A stretch of DNA of 64,000 bases from Escherichia phage vB_Eco_PATM, in sequence record OX090893. The stretch is one strand, 5' to 3'. The notes under the pieces are model-generated. The model was not told the origin of the DNA and searched no databases. It saw only the letters and a program-made list of their open reading frames with translations. The translations under genes were made by a program, and so were the position numbers. Positions within the stretch are counted from its first letter, which is position 1, and every line of letters begins with the position of its first letter. This document shows, piece by piece, positions 44,809 through 54,519 of this stretch.

Positions 44809-45274
44809 TTTAACTACAATCAAGGTGTCTGATCTACCTGTAACAACATCTGTTTCAGACACAGATTATTTTGTAACAGATCAATCAGGCATCACTAAGA
44901 AAACATCATTACGTGTTCTTCTTGCGGGTGCTGGTGTTACACGAAATCGTCTTTCTGCAAGGGGTACTGTCACAAATACCCTAGCTTTAGATATTAGCAC
45001 GGCAGAGTATTTCTCTGCCACTTTATCTAGTCCAACTTGCAGTATTTCATTTAGTAATGTTCCAGTTACAACTAACATTGTTCAAAACTTTACACTATCC
45101 CTACGTCAAGGCAGTGGAGCAAATAAAGTAACGTGGCCTCAATCTGTTAAATGGAGTTTTGGTCGCGCTCCTGTTTTGAGTTATAAACAGGGAGCTACAG
45201 ATATTTTTGAATTTGTTAGTTATGATAATGGAGCTACCTGGATAGGTAGTTTAGTGATGGCAGGAGTGATTTAA
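44801..45274 (+). CDS. Hypothetical baseplate/tail protein (157 aa)
   Basis: ORF overlapping the previous stop. Confidence 0.4.
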   Translation: MADLTTIKVSDLPVTTSVSDTDYFVTDQSGITKKTSLRVLLAGAGVTRNRLSARGTVTNTLALDISTAEYFSATLSSPTCSISFSNVPVTTNIVQNFTLSLRQGSGANKVTWPQSVKWSFGRAPVLSYKQGATDIFEFVSYDNGATWIGSLVMAGVI

Positions 45275-48150
45275 TGTCAAGAATTAAGCACAGAATTGAC
45301 AATGTTTTTCAACTGATCGATGGACATATTCAGTTCTTAGATCGTAATACAGGTTTAACTGTAGATCCTACAGTGCAACACTATGTATTAAACCCACAAA
45401 ACGTTCTAGCTAATAACAGACACTTTATAAACTGGACTGCTCAAGAAGGGCAACCAAACGGGGATGCTACAACAGAAGGTCAATCCGTGCTTATTCTTGG
45501 TTGCGCTTATGCATACCTAGCTTCCGGCGATACAAAGTATTTAGACTCTGCTAAAAAATATTGGCAAGCCTATATAGATTACTTCTTTGGTGGTCAACCT
45601 ATCCCAGATCCGCCAGCAAAATATCGCCCTAACTGGATTATTAACGGTAAAGAACCACGTCTTGCACACTATCCTCTTACAGATGATGGCTACCCTACAC
45701 ACGGAGGTTTTAAGGGTAGCTTAATGACGTGGACTAACGGTAGAACAGTTATTCCTCATGGTGCTCCTCATTGGGGAGAATACCTTGACAAAGCATGGTT
45801 TGCTTTTAATGGTAATCTAGGATGGAACTCTGTAAACGCTACAGTATATGCTGTTAATGCAGATGGTACAACAGATTGGTCTAAGAAGGGAGATCAATGG
45901 GATGTTGATTGGATCATTGATCGTCTAGGACGTAAAGTTGACTGGGATGGAAATGTCTTAGAAGAAGGTTTTCCAACATCTCAATACGGAACAGTTCAAC
46001 TAAAAAATACTTCTGTAAATGGTACATATAAATTTAACTACGCGACTTGTAACCCTGTTGAACACGGTGGTTATTTAATGGAGCGTAACACTATGTGGCA
46101 TAACAGACCAGTTAACGTTCCGGTAGAAATGGGCTTTCAGGATAATGCGTCAGATGCCGAAACTTGGTGGTGTGATGCTAATTACCTGATGTACCAAATT
46201 ACAGGGGAAAGAAAATATTGGCTATGCTGGCAGTCTTCACTGTTAGTGTGTCAAGATTATTCAAACATTGATATGTTTGATAAATTCTTCCGTAAGTCTA
46301 CATATGCAACTATTCCGTTTACAGATGGCATCTCTTACGATTATTCGTATCCATCTACAGCAATACCTAAATATTCAAGAGATACTTTAGGTTATATTGT
46401 TATTAGACAAGATGTTGCTGCTCAAACAACATTAGAACAGCAATCCATTTGGTTTAAAGTTGATCAGAAATCTAAGTTACGAGTTCAGTTCCAAGGTGTA
46501 GATGATGCAGGACATGGTATTCTTTTCCGTCCAGAATTGGAGCTAAGTAAGACCAAAGATGAAAATAACACAGTAACTTACCGTTGTGGCTTACCATTAG
46601 GTACAGCTAATATGACAAGCATGGATATTCCATTATCCAGCTTTATGAGAAGTACCCCTCCAAATGGTGGAACATATATTATCGCAGATCCGCGAATTAT
46701 TGTTGACTGGGGTGACAATACTGTGGTACAATTTAAGTATGTAACAGGTATTGCTGGAACTAATGATGACCAGATTGTTACTGCATCAATGGATACGGAT
46801 GGTGGTGTCACTGTTGGTTTTTGGTTAACTCCTACATCAAAAGCTAATGTTAAGTCTATTACATATAGAACATATGAGGATGACTTTAACATGACTATCA
46901 CGGATGCTCAAGGTTGGAGATGGTGGGCTATGCTGCCTAAAACGCAAGGAGCATGGAGTACGAAGACTTTATCAGCTTCTGATTTTCAGTTAAGTGCTTA
47001 CCAGCCTAATCATCCAGATACAGATCCTAAACCTTCAGCAATAAATCTTACTGCGGTAGATCAGGTAAATTTAGTTCTGGATACGGCTCCTGTCAATGGT
47101 TTAACAGGAACAATAGATTTCTATTGTATTAACGATGTACCTGAAAGATATTCGTCATCTTCTGGTGATGATTATACAATGTACTTCCGTATTACTGTAC
47201 AGGCTTCAAGTCCTCATACTGCTAAGTTAGGTGATTGTACTATTATTGACTATAAGTTAAATAGTCTTAATTACACACCAGGAATAATTCCATTCTCTAA
47301 TATCAGTGACCCAAACACTGCATTATACGATGGATGGCGTGGTATTCCATACCCAGGATACCAGTATCCTTCCTTATACTGTTTCGCAGGTAGGGATATT
47401 GATTGGACACGTTTAAACAACAGTATTGATTTCTTGTATGATGCTCAAATGTGGTTTTATAACACGTTTGATCCTGTGATGCCTGGGCCTATGGCACAAG
47501 CATATGTGTGGGATCGTTGGGATGCAAGAAAATACGGTGAACCTAATACGTTTACAATGAAACACTGGAATGAAAAAGCGTGGGATGGTTATGAAGCTCG
47601 TGCATTCTACTGTGCTTGTCATGCTGTATACGAACTTGTACAAAGAGGAGAAACACCTCCTGAAAAACTAGTAACTGTTTGTAAAAATTGGATCAACTAC
47701 CTTAAATGGTTCCAAGACAATAATGATGGAAGAACACCAACTATCTTTAACCCAGATGGTACAGTTCTTGCGCCTATAGATGACTTTACTAGTCATATGT
47801 CTGCACTGTTTATGGCGGGTTGTTCAATCATGGGCTTGGCAGGTTATGATTCACAAATTCCAAACATTGGTATTGTAGCAGACAGATGTTTTGATCTGAT
47901 TCAGCAAAACTATATTGTGCTCTCCCCTAACCATCCAATGAATGGTTGCTGGAGTGTTGCACCGCGTCCAGATTCAGATAACGGAATGTTCTTTGGTTTC
48001 CATGCTGGAGAACTATTACGTGGTTTTGGTTTATATGCTTTATATCGTAAACTAAATCCTCAAAACGCCTTACCAATTTTGGACAATAGTAACATACCGA
48101 CACTAACTGTTCTAACTATGAATGATATTAGTGTTGATGTAACCAAATAA
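45274..48150 (+). CDS. Large structural protein (958 aa), probable baseplate or fibre component
   Basis: Very long Trp/Tyr-rich ORF in the baseplate cluster; no enzymatic motif recognised. Confidence 0.45.
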   Translation: MSRIKHRIDNVFQLIDGHIQFLDRNTGLTVDPTVQHYVLNPQNVLANNRHFINWTAQEGQPNGDATTEGQSVLILGCAYAYLASGDTKYLDSAKKYWQAYIDYFFGGQPIPDPPAKYRPNWIINGKEPRLAHYPLTDDGYPTHGGFKGSLMTWTNGRTVIPHGAPHWGEYLDKAWFAFNGNLGWNSVNATVYAVNADGTTDWSKKGDQWDVDWIIDRLGRKVDWDGNVLEEGFPTSQYGTVQLKNTSVNGTYKFNYATCNPVEHGGYLMERNTMWHNRPVNVPVEMGFQDNASDAETWWCDANYLMYQITGERKYWLCWQSSLLVCQDYSNIDMFDKFFRKSTYATIPFTDGISYDYSYPSTAIPKYSRDTLGYIVIRQDVAAQTTLEQQSIWFKVDQKSKLRVQFQGVDDAGHGILFRPELELSKTKDENNTVTYRCGLPLGTANMTSMDIPLSSFMRSTPPNGGTYIIADPRIIVDWGDNTVVQFKYVTGIAGTNDDQIVTASMDTDGGVTVGFWLTPTSKANVKSITYRTYEDDFNMTITDAQGWRWWAMLPKTQGAWSTKTLSASDFQLSAYQPNHPDTDPKPSAINLTAVDQVNLVLDTAPVNGLTGTIDFYCINDVPERYSSSSGDDYTMYFRITVQASSPHTAKLGDCTIIDYKLNSLNYTPGIIPFSNISDPNTALYDGWRGIPYPGYQYPSLYCFAGRDIDWTRLNNSIDFLYDAQMWFYNTFDPVMPGPMAQAYVWDRWDARKYGEPNTFTMKHWNEKAWDGYEARAFYCACHAVYELVQRGETPPEKLVTVCKNWINYLKWFQDNNDGRTPTIFNPDGTVLAPIDDFTSHMSALFMAGCSIMGLAGYDSQIPNIGIVADRCFDLIQQNYIVLSPNHPMNGCWSVAPRPDSDNGMFFGFHAGELLRGFGLYALYRKLNPQNALPILDNSNIPTLTVLTMNDISVDVTK

Positions 48151-48158
48151 GGAAAATA

Positions 48159-50234
48159 ATGAAACAGGCTATTTTTACTGTAACTCGAAATACGAGAGTA
48201 AATGCCAGTTCATTCAGCTATAAGACCGTCGATGGAACGGCGGTCGCTGGTAGAGATTATGTAGCTAAACAGGGAACAGTAACGTTCCCTTCTGATGCAG
48301 ATTCTGCTACTGTAGTGGTTGATGTATATGAACGTCCGGCAAACTCTTTAGATCTTTATTTTACTCTTGAGATTACTAGCATAAGTCAAAATAACATGAT
48401 GATCAACGAAGAAATTCGTTGTGTTATTACGACTGATCAATCGAATACAACCCCGCTAACTTGGCCTGTTGTGAAGTCTAGAATGTTTGATCCTAAGTTT
48501 TGGACAATAGATTCTCAAGCAACAGAAAGTTGTTCTATTATCTCTAATGGTGATTCTTTCACAGCAAGAATGGTTAATAGGACAGTGGCTGGTCTTGCTG
48601 GGATTATTTGGTCAACTTACGATAAATATGATCACAAAGGATTAGGCTACCAAGAACATTCTGACTTAAGTAAAGAGAAACTTTGGTTTAAAATGGAACT
48701 TAGTCAAGGTGTTCCTGGATTAAAAGAAGAAAAATTAATACCATCCTTAACAGTGACACTGAAGGATGAAACAGTTCATTATGTATCTCTAAACTTTTAT
48801 GCAGAAGAAGTTTCAGAAGATGGTAAGACAGCAACAATCAAACTAGATTTCTCAAATTTAAAATCTGGGCCAGAAAATGATATTGTTGTTGACACTACAC
48901 AGATAGATAATATGTTCTTCTCCTTGATCTCCACAAGGTATCAAGAAATTGAAGATATTATTCCTGTAGACAATGTGGATCTTTCCTTTAAGTTTACCAT
49001 ACTGGAGCCTGATACTGGTTACAGTATGATGAATATGGGTAATTTAAATGTTCCAGCACACACCATAAGAATGTGTACATCTTATGATGATATGTATAAC
49101 CTGACCCCAGAGCGAGTTATTTCTAACACCTACAGATTAGGTTATAGGGATATGATTAACCATTATAATGGTATGTCACACTATTATCAGTTTAGTTGGG
49201 ATGCTGGTTCTAATAAATGGGTTTTGAATAGAACAGAATATTTAAACCCAGCAACAGAAGCATGGTTTGATAATTTCCACGCTAATGCAAAAGCTATGGG
49301 CTACACAGTAATGAACTCCTTAAGTTTTGAACTTATGAGTACAGTGTGTCCTGTAGAATGGGTTCAACATACTTGGAATGATGATCTGGCTGCTACAGGT
49401 TATGAGCCACCAAGTTATGTTTTATCTCCTTCAATTGATGAAGGGATGAATTATTTACAAGGTGTAATAAATAAGATAGCTTCTATATCCGCTGCCAATG
49501 ATCTTCCTGTTATTATTCAGGTTGGTGAACCGTGGTGGTGGTATAACACAGCTACCAATCTACCGTGTATTTATGATTATACAACCAAAGTTGCATTTAA
49601 TAATGAAACTGGATTATATGCACAAGATGTTGGTACAGTTAAGAATTATAAAACTGGTACACCATATGATGAATATTATGCATTCCTATCTAAAACATTA
49701 GGACTGCGTGTTGCTAAATTTGCAACAGATACTAGATTAGCATATCCTGGGGCTAAAGTTACATTATTACCATTTGTGCCATCCATTTTAGGTAACGGTA
49801 TGATGGAGTTTGTTAACTTCCCTAAAGATTATTATATCCCAGAAAACTTTGACTTTTATTGTTCAGAATGTTATGACTGGTTGTTGGAAGGTCAGATGGA
49901 AAGATCTTTCGACGCTATTAAAATACCTAATGAGCAACTAGGTTTTAGTTATGATAAGATACATTATCTTGCAGGGTTTGTTCCAGATGCAACTCTAGCA
50001 CCATTATATGGCTTTGATCCTGAATCAGACTACAGAACATATTTGTGGAAAATGATTATAGGTAATATTGTATTGAATGACCAGAAGTTTGTTGGTTTGT
50101 ATCAATACATATGGGCTTATCCACAAATTATGGCAGATTCATTAACTGTTCTTAATTCAAAATCCCAAGTTTTTTATATGGGTAACGTACCTCTGAATGT
50201 CTTTTTACAAGATACAGTATATGTTTCTTCTTAA
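48159..50234 (+). CDS. Large structural protein (691 aa)
   Basis: Long ORF with RBS AAGGAAA. Confidence 0.45.
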   Translation: MKQAIFTVTRNTRVNASSFSYKTVDGTAVAGRDYVAKQGTVTFPSDADSATVVVDVYERPANSLDLYFTLEITSISQNNMMINEEIRCVITTDQSNTTPLTWPVVKSRMFDPKFWTIDSQATESCSIISNGDSFTARMVNRTVAGLAGIIWSTYDKYDHKGLGYQEHSDLSKEKLWFKMELSQGVPGLKEEKLIPSLTVTLKDETVHYVSLNFYAEEVSEDGKTATIKLDFSNLKSGPENDIVVDTTQIDNMFFSLISTRYQEIEDIIPVDNVDLSFKFTILEPDTGYSMMNMGNLNVPAHTIRMCTSYDDMYNLTPERVISNTYRLGYRDMINHYNGMSHYYQFSWDAGSNKWVLNRTEYLNPATEAWFDNFHANAKAMGYTVMNSLSFELMSTVCPVEWVQHTWNDDLAATGYEPPSYVLSPSIDEGMNYLQGVINKIASISAANDLPVIIQVGEPWWWYNTATNLPCIYDYTTKVAFNNETGLYAQDVGTVKNYKTGTPYDEYYAFLSKTLGLRVAKFATDTRLAYPGAKVTLLPFVPSILGNGMMEFVNFPKDYYIPENFDFYCSECYDWLLEGQMERSFDAIKIPNEQLGFSYDKIHYLAGFVPDATLAPLYGFDPESDYRTYLWKMIIGNIVLNDQKFVGLYQYIWAYPQIMADSLTVLNSKSQVFYMGNVPLNVFLQDTVYVSS

Positions 50235-50245
50235 GGATCTCTAGT

Positions 50246-50491
50246 ATGAGAAAATTTTTAATAGGTATGTTTTGTACATATCCTGATAATAAAGTCAGTT
50301 CTACTAAAGTTTGGAATGCTATTGGTATGATTGTTATGTCCAGTATGTTTATTTATTTGGGAATTGATAAAGAAATTCCTGAATGGATGGGCTGGGCTTT
50401 TGTTTTTATGATCACACCATCCAGACTAATGAAGAATTTAATAGATTTACGTTGGGGCAGATCACCTGCCCCTGATAAGGAGGATAACTAA
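50246..50491 (+). CDS. Small two-TM membrane protein (81 aa), holin-like topology
   Basis: Hydrophobic segments VWNAIGMIVMSSMFIYLGI and WMGWAFVFMITPSRLM with charged C-terminus; sits inside the baseplate cluster. Confidence 0.4.
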   Translation: MRKFLIGMFCTYPDNKVSSTKVWNAIGMIVMSSMFIYLGIDKEIPEWMGWAFVFMITPSRLMKNLIDLRWGRSPAPDKEDN

Positions 50492-51978
50492 TGGCAGATT
50501 ATGGTTTAACAGATGCTGGTTTTGTCATTCCAACGTTTGATGATATTCTAAATAATTATATGACAGCATTGAAAAACACTTTCGGTGCAGATACAGCTAC
50601 ATCTGAAGATACTGTCTTTGGTCAACTGTTTCGTATTATTGCATATACAGATTACACCCTTTGGGAAGGTATGCAAGGTGTTTACAATACCCAAACCTTA
50701 GATGGTGCAGAAGGTATTTACCTTGATGAAATTTTCTCTAAAAGGGGTTTTTATCGTAAAGCTGCTTCTGCTGGTAGTGGTTATGCTTATGTTAAATCTA
50801 ACAATAAGGCAGCTTGGACTTATGAGCTAAGTACAGATGTTTATTTTAACGCCGATAACGATTTGACATATTATGTCAGTGCACCAACAATGTTGAATGC
50901 TAAGATTGGAGCATATACCATTTCTAAAGCAAACGCAACAGCTTCTGGTGAAACTTCTATTACTTTCTACATTCAAAGTGCTATTGATGGTGGTCTTAAC
51001 AGTAAAACACTAAGTCCTAGCAATACAAACTTTATTTTAGATCTTACGAATTTCATTAAAGCTAACGTATCAACAACAGATCGTGCTTTAGTATGGAATG
51101 ATGCTAGTAATGTTTACATGGGTTATAATCCAGAAGATAATGTTAACCCAATAGGTCTAGTAACACCAGTGAAATTTTATGCATCTATTGCAATTGGTAC
51201 AAAATGGAGTGAAATTCCAGTTACGTGTTCAGACGTTGGTTATAATCCAGTAGGTACAGAAAGTATTACAGGTATTTCTTCAACGTTTACAGGCTTTTTA
51301 GATACAGGTAACTTCTATCCATTCTCTCCAGGCACAGATGTTGAAACAGATGCAGAATTCCGTTCTCGTTTCAATGATAATATGGATGAAGCTAATGCTG
51401 CTACTCGTGCTGCTATTGTTAAAGCTCTGCTACTGACAGATGGTGTGACAAAGGTTAAGATTTATGATAACCCTACATTACATGATCAGGAACATGCTCC
51501 AGCTATGACATTCCAGACTATTGTGTATGGTGGTACAGCAGAAGAAGTTGCACAGGTTATTTATAATACTAAGCCTATTAACACCTTAACCTATGGTACA
51601 ACAGCAATTACTATCGTAACAGAAGATGGCGGTCAAGAAGTAATTCGTTTTTCTCCTGGTGACAATGCTGAATATTCACTTAAACTAGTATATCAAACTG
51701 GCAATGGTAGTGTGTTAAGTACAACAGAAAGAGAAAATATTGTTTCTGCTCTTTCAAATCTACAGGCTTATTTTGAGCTAGGGTCAACAGTAACTAACGA
51801 TCAGATAAAAGGTGTAATTTATTCTGCACTTGCGTTCGGACGCTTGACTTCTCTCCGTGTTTATGTTAAACTTAATACTGAGGATGACAGTAAATATAAT
51901 GAGGGAGATATCACTCCAGCGTACAATGTTGTACCATCCTTTGACCTTGATAATATTTCCTACGAGTACGGAGTCTAA
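50491..51978 (+). CDS. Baseplate wedge protein (J-like), 495 aa
   Basis: Size and position (before an I-like gene and the fibre genes); no motif verified. Confidence 0.4.
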   Translation: MADYGLTDAGFVIPTFDDILNNYMTALKNTFGADTATSEDTVFGQLFRIIAYTDYTLWEGMQGVYNTQTLDGAEGIYLDEIFSKRGFYRKAASAGSGYAYVKSNNKAAWTYELSTDVYFNADNDLTYYVSAPTMLNAKIGAYTISKANATASGETSITFYIQSAIDGGLNSKTLSPSNTNFILDLTNFIKANVSTTDRALVWNDASNVYMGYNPEDNVNPIGLVTPVKFYASIAIGTKWSEIPVTCSDVGYNPVGTESITGISSTFTGFLDTGNFYPFSPGTDVETDAEFRSRFNDNMDEANAATRAAIVKALLLTDGVTKVKIYDNPTLHDQEHAPAMTFQTIVYGGTAEEVAQVIYNTKPINTLTYGTTAITIVTEDGGQEVIRFSPGDNAEYSLKLVYQTGNGSVLSTTERENIVSALSNLQAYFELGSTVTNDQIKGVIYSALAFGRLTSLRVYVKLNTEDDSKYNEGDITPAYNVVPSFDLDNISYEYGV

Positions 51979-51980
51979 AA

Positions 51981-52610
51981 ATGGCAGTGAGTGTTGACCA
52001 TGTGACAACGTGGGATAGTATCAATGAAGATGTTAAAGACCTACTGATTGAAGATTTTAAATCTTCTCCGAACATTGTCAAACTACTCTATATCATTTCT
52101 AGCGAAAAACAAAAGATAGATCAGGCAATGATCTATCTTGCCAAACACCGCTTAATCTCTACTGCAACTGGTAAGTATTTAGATCTTATTGGTGAAGAAA
52201 TGGGGATGGAAAGAAATGGTGCTACAGATGAAGAGTATCGTACAATATTAAAAATCAGGGCTTATCGTGTTGCGTCTTCTGGTACGCGAGATGATATCAT
52301 TGATATGTTCGCTCGTTTTACAGGAACAGAAAAAGAAACGATCAATACATACGTTGGATTAAATAAAACATTCGACGTATTCTTTTATAATTTGTGTCTA
52401 CAATCCGATCAGGCAGTAGCACAGTTACTTAACGTTTTCCCGATCCTAAGTAGTTATCGCTTAGGTGCGAAAGCGGGTTCAGCCTTTGGTTTCACTTCCT
52501 ATTATGCCACTAAGCCACCTCATGGTATAGGTGGTTTAGGTTCTCTTTACACAGAGGCTGAAGGAGATGATACAGGGCGAATGACTATGCTGATAGCTCA
52601 AATAGAATAA
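51981..52610 (+). CDS. Baseplate/tail protein (I-like), 209 aa
   Basis: ORF between the J-like gene and the fibre gene. Confidence 0.4.
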   Translation: MAVSVDHVTTWDSINEDVKDLLIEDFKSSPNIVKLLYIISSEKQKIDQAMIYLAKHRLISTATGKYLDLIGEEMGMERNGATDEEYRTILKIRAYRVASSGTRDDIIDMFARFTGTEKETINTYVGLNKTFDVFFYNLCLQSDQAVAQLLNVFPILSSYRLGAKAGSAFGFTSYYATKPPHGIGGLGSLYTEAEGDDTGRMTMLIAQIE

Positions 52611-52623
52611 GGAGTTACCCTTA

Positions 52624-53604
52624 ATGGCAAAGCCACAATACTACCCTGACTGGGCGACACAAACAGTAACCCTCCCAGGAACGGGAAACACAAACAAGAT
52701 TAGACCAAAAGAAACCATCCGTAATGTTGGTATGGACTTTGGTCAGATTATGACTTGTGAAGAAATGAACTGGATCTTAAACAATATTGGGTCTTGGATT
52801 CGCTATATGCAAGATGAATTCTTCCCAACATTGCCTACTACATATCTTCCTATAGTCGGTACTAAAATTACAATGGCAGGTGATGCTACAGGTGAAGTTA
52901 CATGGAATGGTAATGCTGCTGTAACATTATCTATTCAAGTCGTAGATAACAGTCATAATCACTTATCATCTAACATTACAGACGCAACATCAAACCAAGT
53001 TGTAGGTAATGTCCTTGTTAAGCGTGATAATGGTGGTGCTATCTATGCAGGTGATATTTACACTTGTGGTACAAGTGCTACAGATCCTGCAACATTATTT
53101 TTTAGAAACTATAACGGACAAACAGTAGGCAATATGTCTTCTGAACCAGGTGCAGGTGGTCAACTCTATATTTATAGAATAAATCCATCTACTGGAGGAA
53201 CATCTTGTGGAATCCGTTTGTATGATGCAGGTTATGTTTTAATAGACAACCCTCGTTCTAATTCTGGTCAAGATACTGGTAATGGTAATGCTCTTGTAAG
53301 ATTAGATTATCTTAACTCAAGATTAAACTCATTGCAAAGCACACTGCAAAATAATATTAACAACGTTAATAGCAACTTGCAAGGCCAAATTAATAACATT
53401 AACAACAGAGTTTCTTCGGTTGTGTCTTCTATCCGTCTAGGTACACGTATTAGAGCGGGTGTATCTGAATCTCCTTTCTATGCTGGTCATGTGATCACAG
53501 GCTGGGGTTTTGGTGATAAGAAAGAACTTCGTGGTGCTTGGTATTGGTCTGCTCCGCTACAATATTACATTAATGGTAGTTGGATAACAGTAACCAACGT
53601 TTAG
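52624..53604 (+). CDS. Tail fibre protein (326 aa) with Asn-rich heptad region
   Basis: LNSRLNSLQSTLQNNINNVNSNLQGQINNINNRV coiled-coil/Asn repeat; followed by a fibre-assembly chaperone gene. Confidence 0.5.
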   Translation: MAKPQYYPDWATQTVTLPGTGNTNKIRPKETIRNVGMDFGQIMTCEEMNWILNNIGSWIRYMQDEFFPTLPTTYLPIVGTKITMAGDATGEVTWNGNAAVTLSIQVVDNSHNHLSSNITDATSNQVVGNVLVKRDNGGAIYAGDIYTCGTSATDPATLFFRNYNGQTVGNMSSEPGAGGQLYIYRINPSTGGTSCGIRLYDAGYVLIDNPRSNSGQDTGNGNALVRLDYLNSRLNSLQSTLQNNINNVNSNLQGQINNINNRVSSVVSSIRLGTRIRAGVSESPFYAGHVITGWGFGDKKELRGAWYWSAPLQYYINGSWITVTNV

Positions 53605-53616
53605 TAAGGAGAACAT

Positions 53617-54168
53617 ATGAAAAAAGATGTTATTTACACTGGCTTTGAACTATATCAACCAGAATTGACAGAAGAAAATATCATCTATCTTTCAATAGGT
53701 GCTGGTTTTCTTAAAGATAAAGATGGTAATGATTGGTACGAACTTCAGAAATATTTATCCAAAAATTACCCTGATGCCTATTTCTTAACTCTAGATCACA
53801 ACAATGTAGTTGTTGCAGCTACGAAAGATGTTTCTACATATTTTCCCGCTGGTCTTACTGTTCTTGTAACATACAATGTGCCAGATAAAATAGAAGAAGA
53901 AAGCAATCTAGGATCGTGGAAATATGACAATGGTAAGTTTATTTCTTATAATGGGTTTGCAATAGAAGATGCTAACCTTAAAATGGAAAAAGAATTAACT
54001 TGGGCCACAAATCAAATATCTGCAATTCAAGATTTAGAGGAATTACAAGGTTTATCTGAAGAACAAAAAGATTGGTTAGGAAAAGTTAAACTCTATCGTG
54101 CAACATTAATTCAAATTAACGTTGAAGATGCACCTAATATAACTTGGCCTACAAGACCTAAGAAATAG
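53617..54168 (+). CDS. Tail fibre assembly chaperone (Tfa-like)
   Basis: 183 aa; C-terminal LYRATLIQINVEDAPNITWPTRP matches the Tfa-family W-x-YR ... WP-x-x-P ending. Confidence 0.6.
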   Translation: MKKDVIYTGFELYQPELTEENIIYLSIGAGFLKDKDGNDWYELQKYLSKNYPDAYFLTLDHNNVVVAATKDVSTYFPAGLTVLVTYNVPDKIEEESNLGSWKYDNGKFISYNGFAIEDANLKMEKELTWATNQISAIQDLEELQGLSEEQKDWLGKVKLYRATLIQINVEDAPNITWPTRPKK

Positions 54169-54177
54169 GGGTAATGT

Positions 54178-54519
54178 ATGGAGCTAACAGAAGTATGGGA
54201 TATCGCTAAAGAGGCGATTATCCCTCTTATTGGCGTAATCTGGGTGGTCTTCAAACAGAAGATAGATGATATGGCAAGTGATTTGGACAAAATGGAAGAC
54301 AAGTACCGCGAACTAGAAAAGAAGTTGGTGTTTGTTGAATCCACTTATGCTACCAAAGCAGAACTTGCTCAAATGCTTAACCAGATCAACTCTACATTAA
54401 TGGCAAATAATACTGCCTTAGAACAGAAGATTGAAAAAATAATGGATTTAAAAAATGCTCCTGTTCAATTAATGCTAGAGGAGATTACGAAGCGCACACA
54501 AAGTAAGGACAAAAATTAA
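54178..54519 (+). CDS. Membrane-anchored coiled-coil protein (113 aa)
   Basis: N-terminal hydrophobic segment AIIPLIGVIWVVF then charged helical sequence. Confidence 0.4.
   Translation: MELTEVWDIAKEAIIPLIGVIWVVFKQKIDDMASDLDKMEDKYRELEKKLVFVESTYATKAELAQMLNQINSTLMANNTALEQKIEKIMDLKNAPVQLMLEEITKRTQSKDKN

Noticed and set aside
45274-50234. Possibility that the 958 aa and 691 aa structural proteins carry an endolysin or depolymerase domain
   Set aside because: No lysozyme, amidase or glycosidase catalytic motif recognised by eye; left as structural proteins of unknown function.
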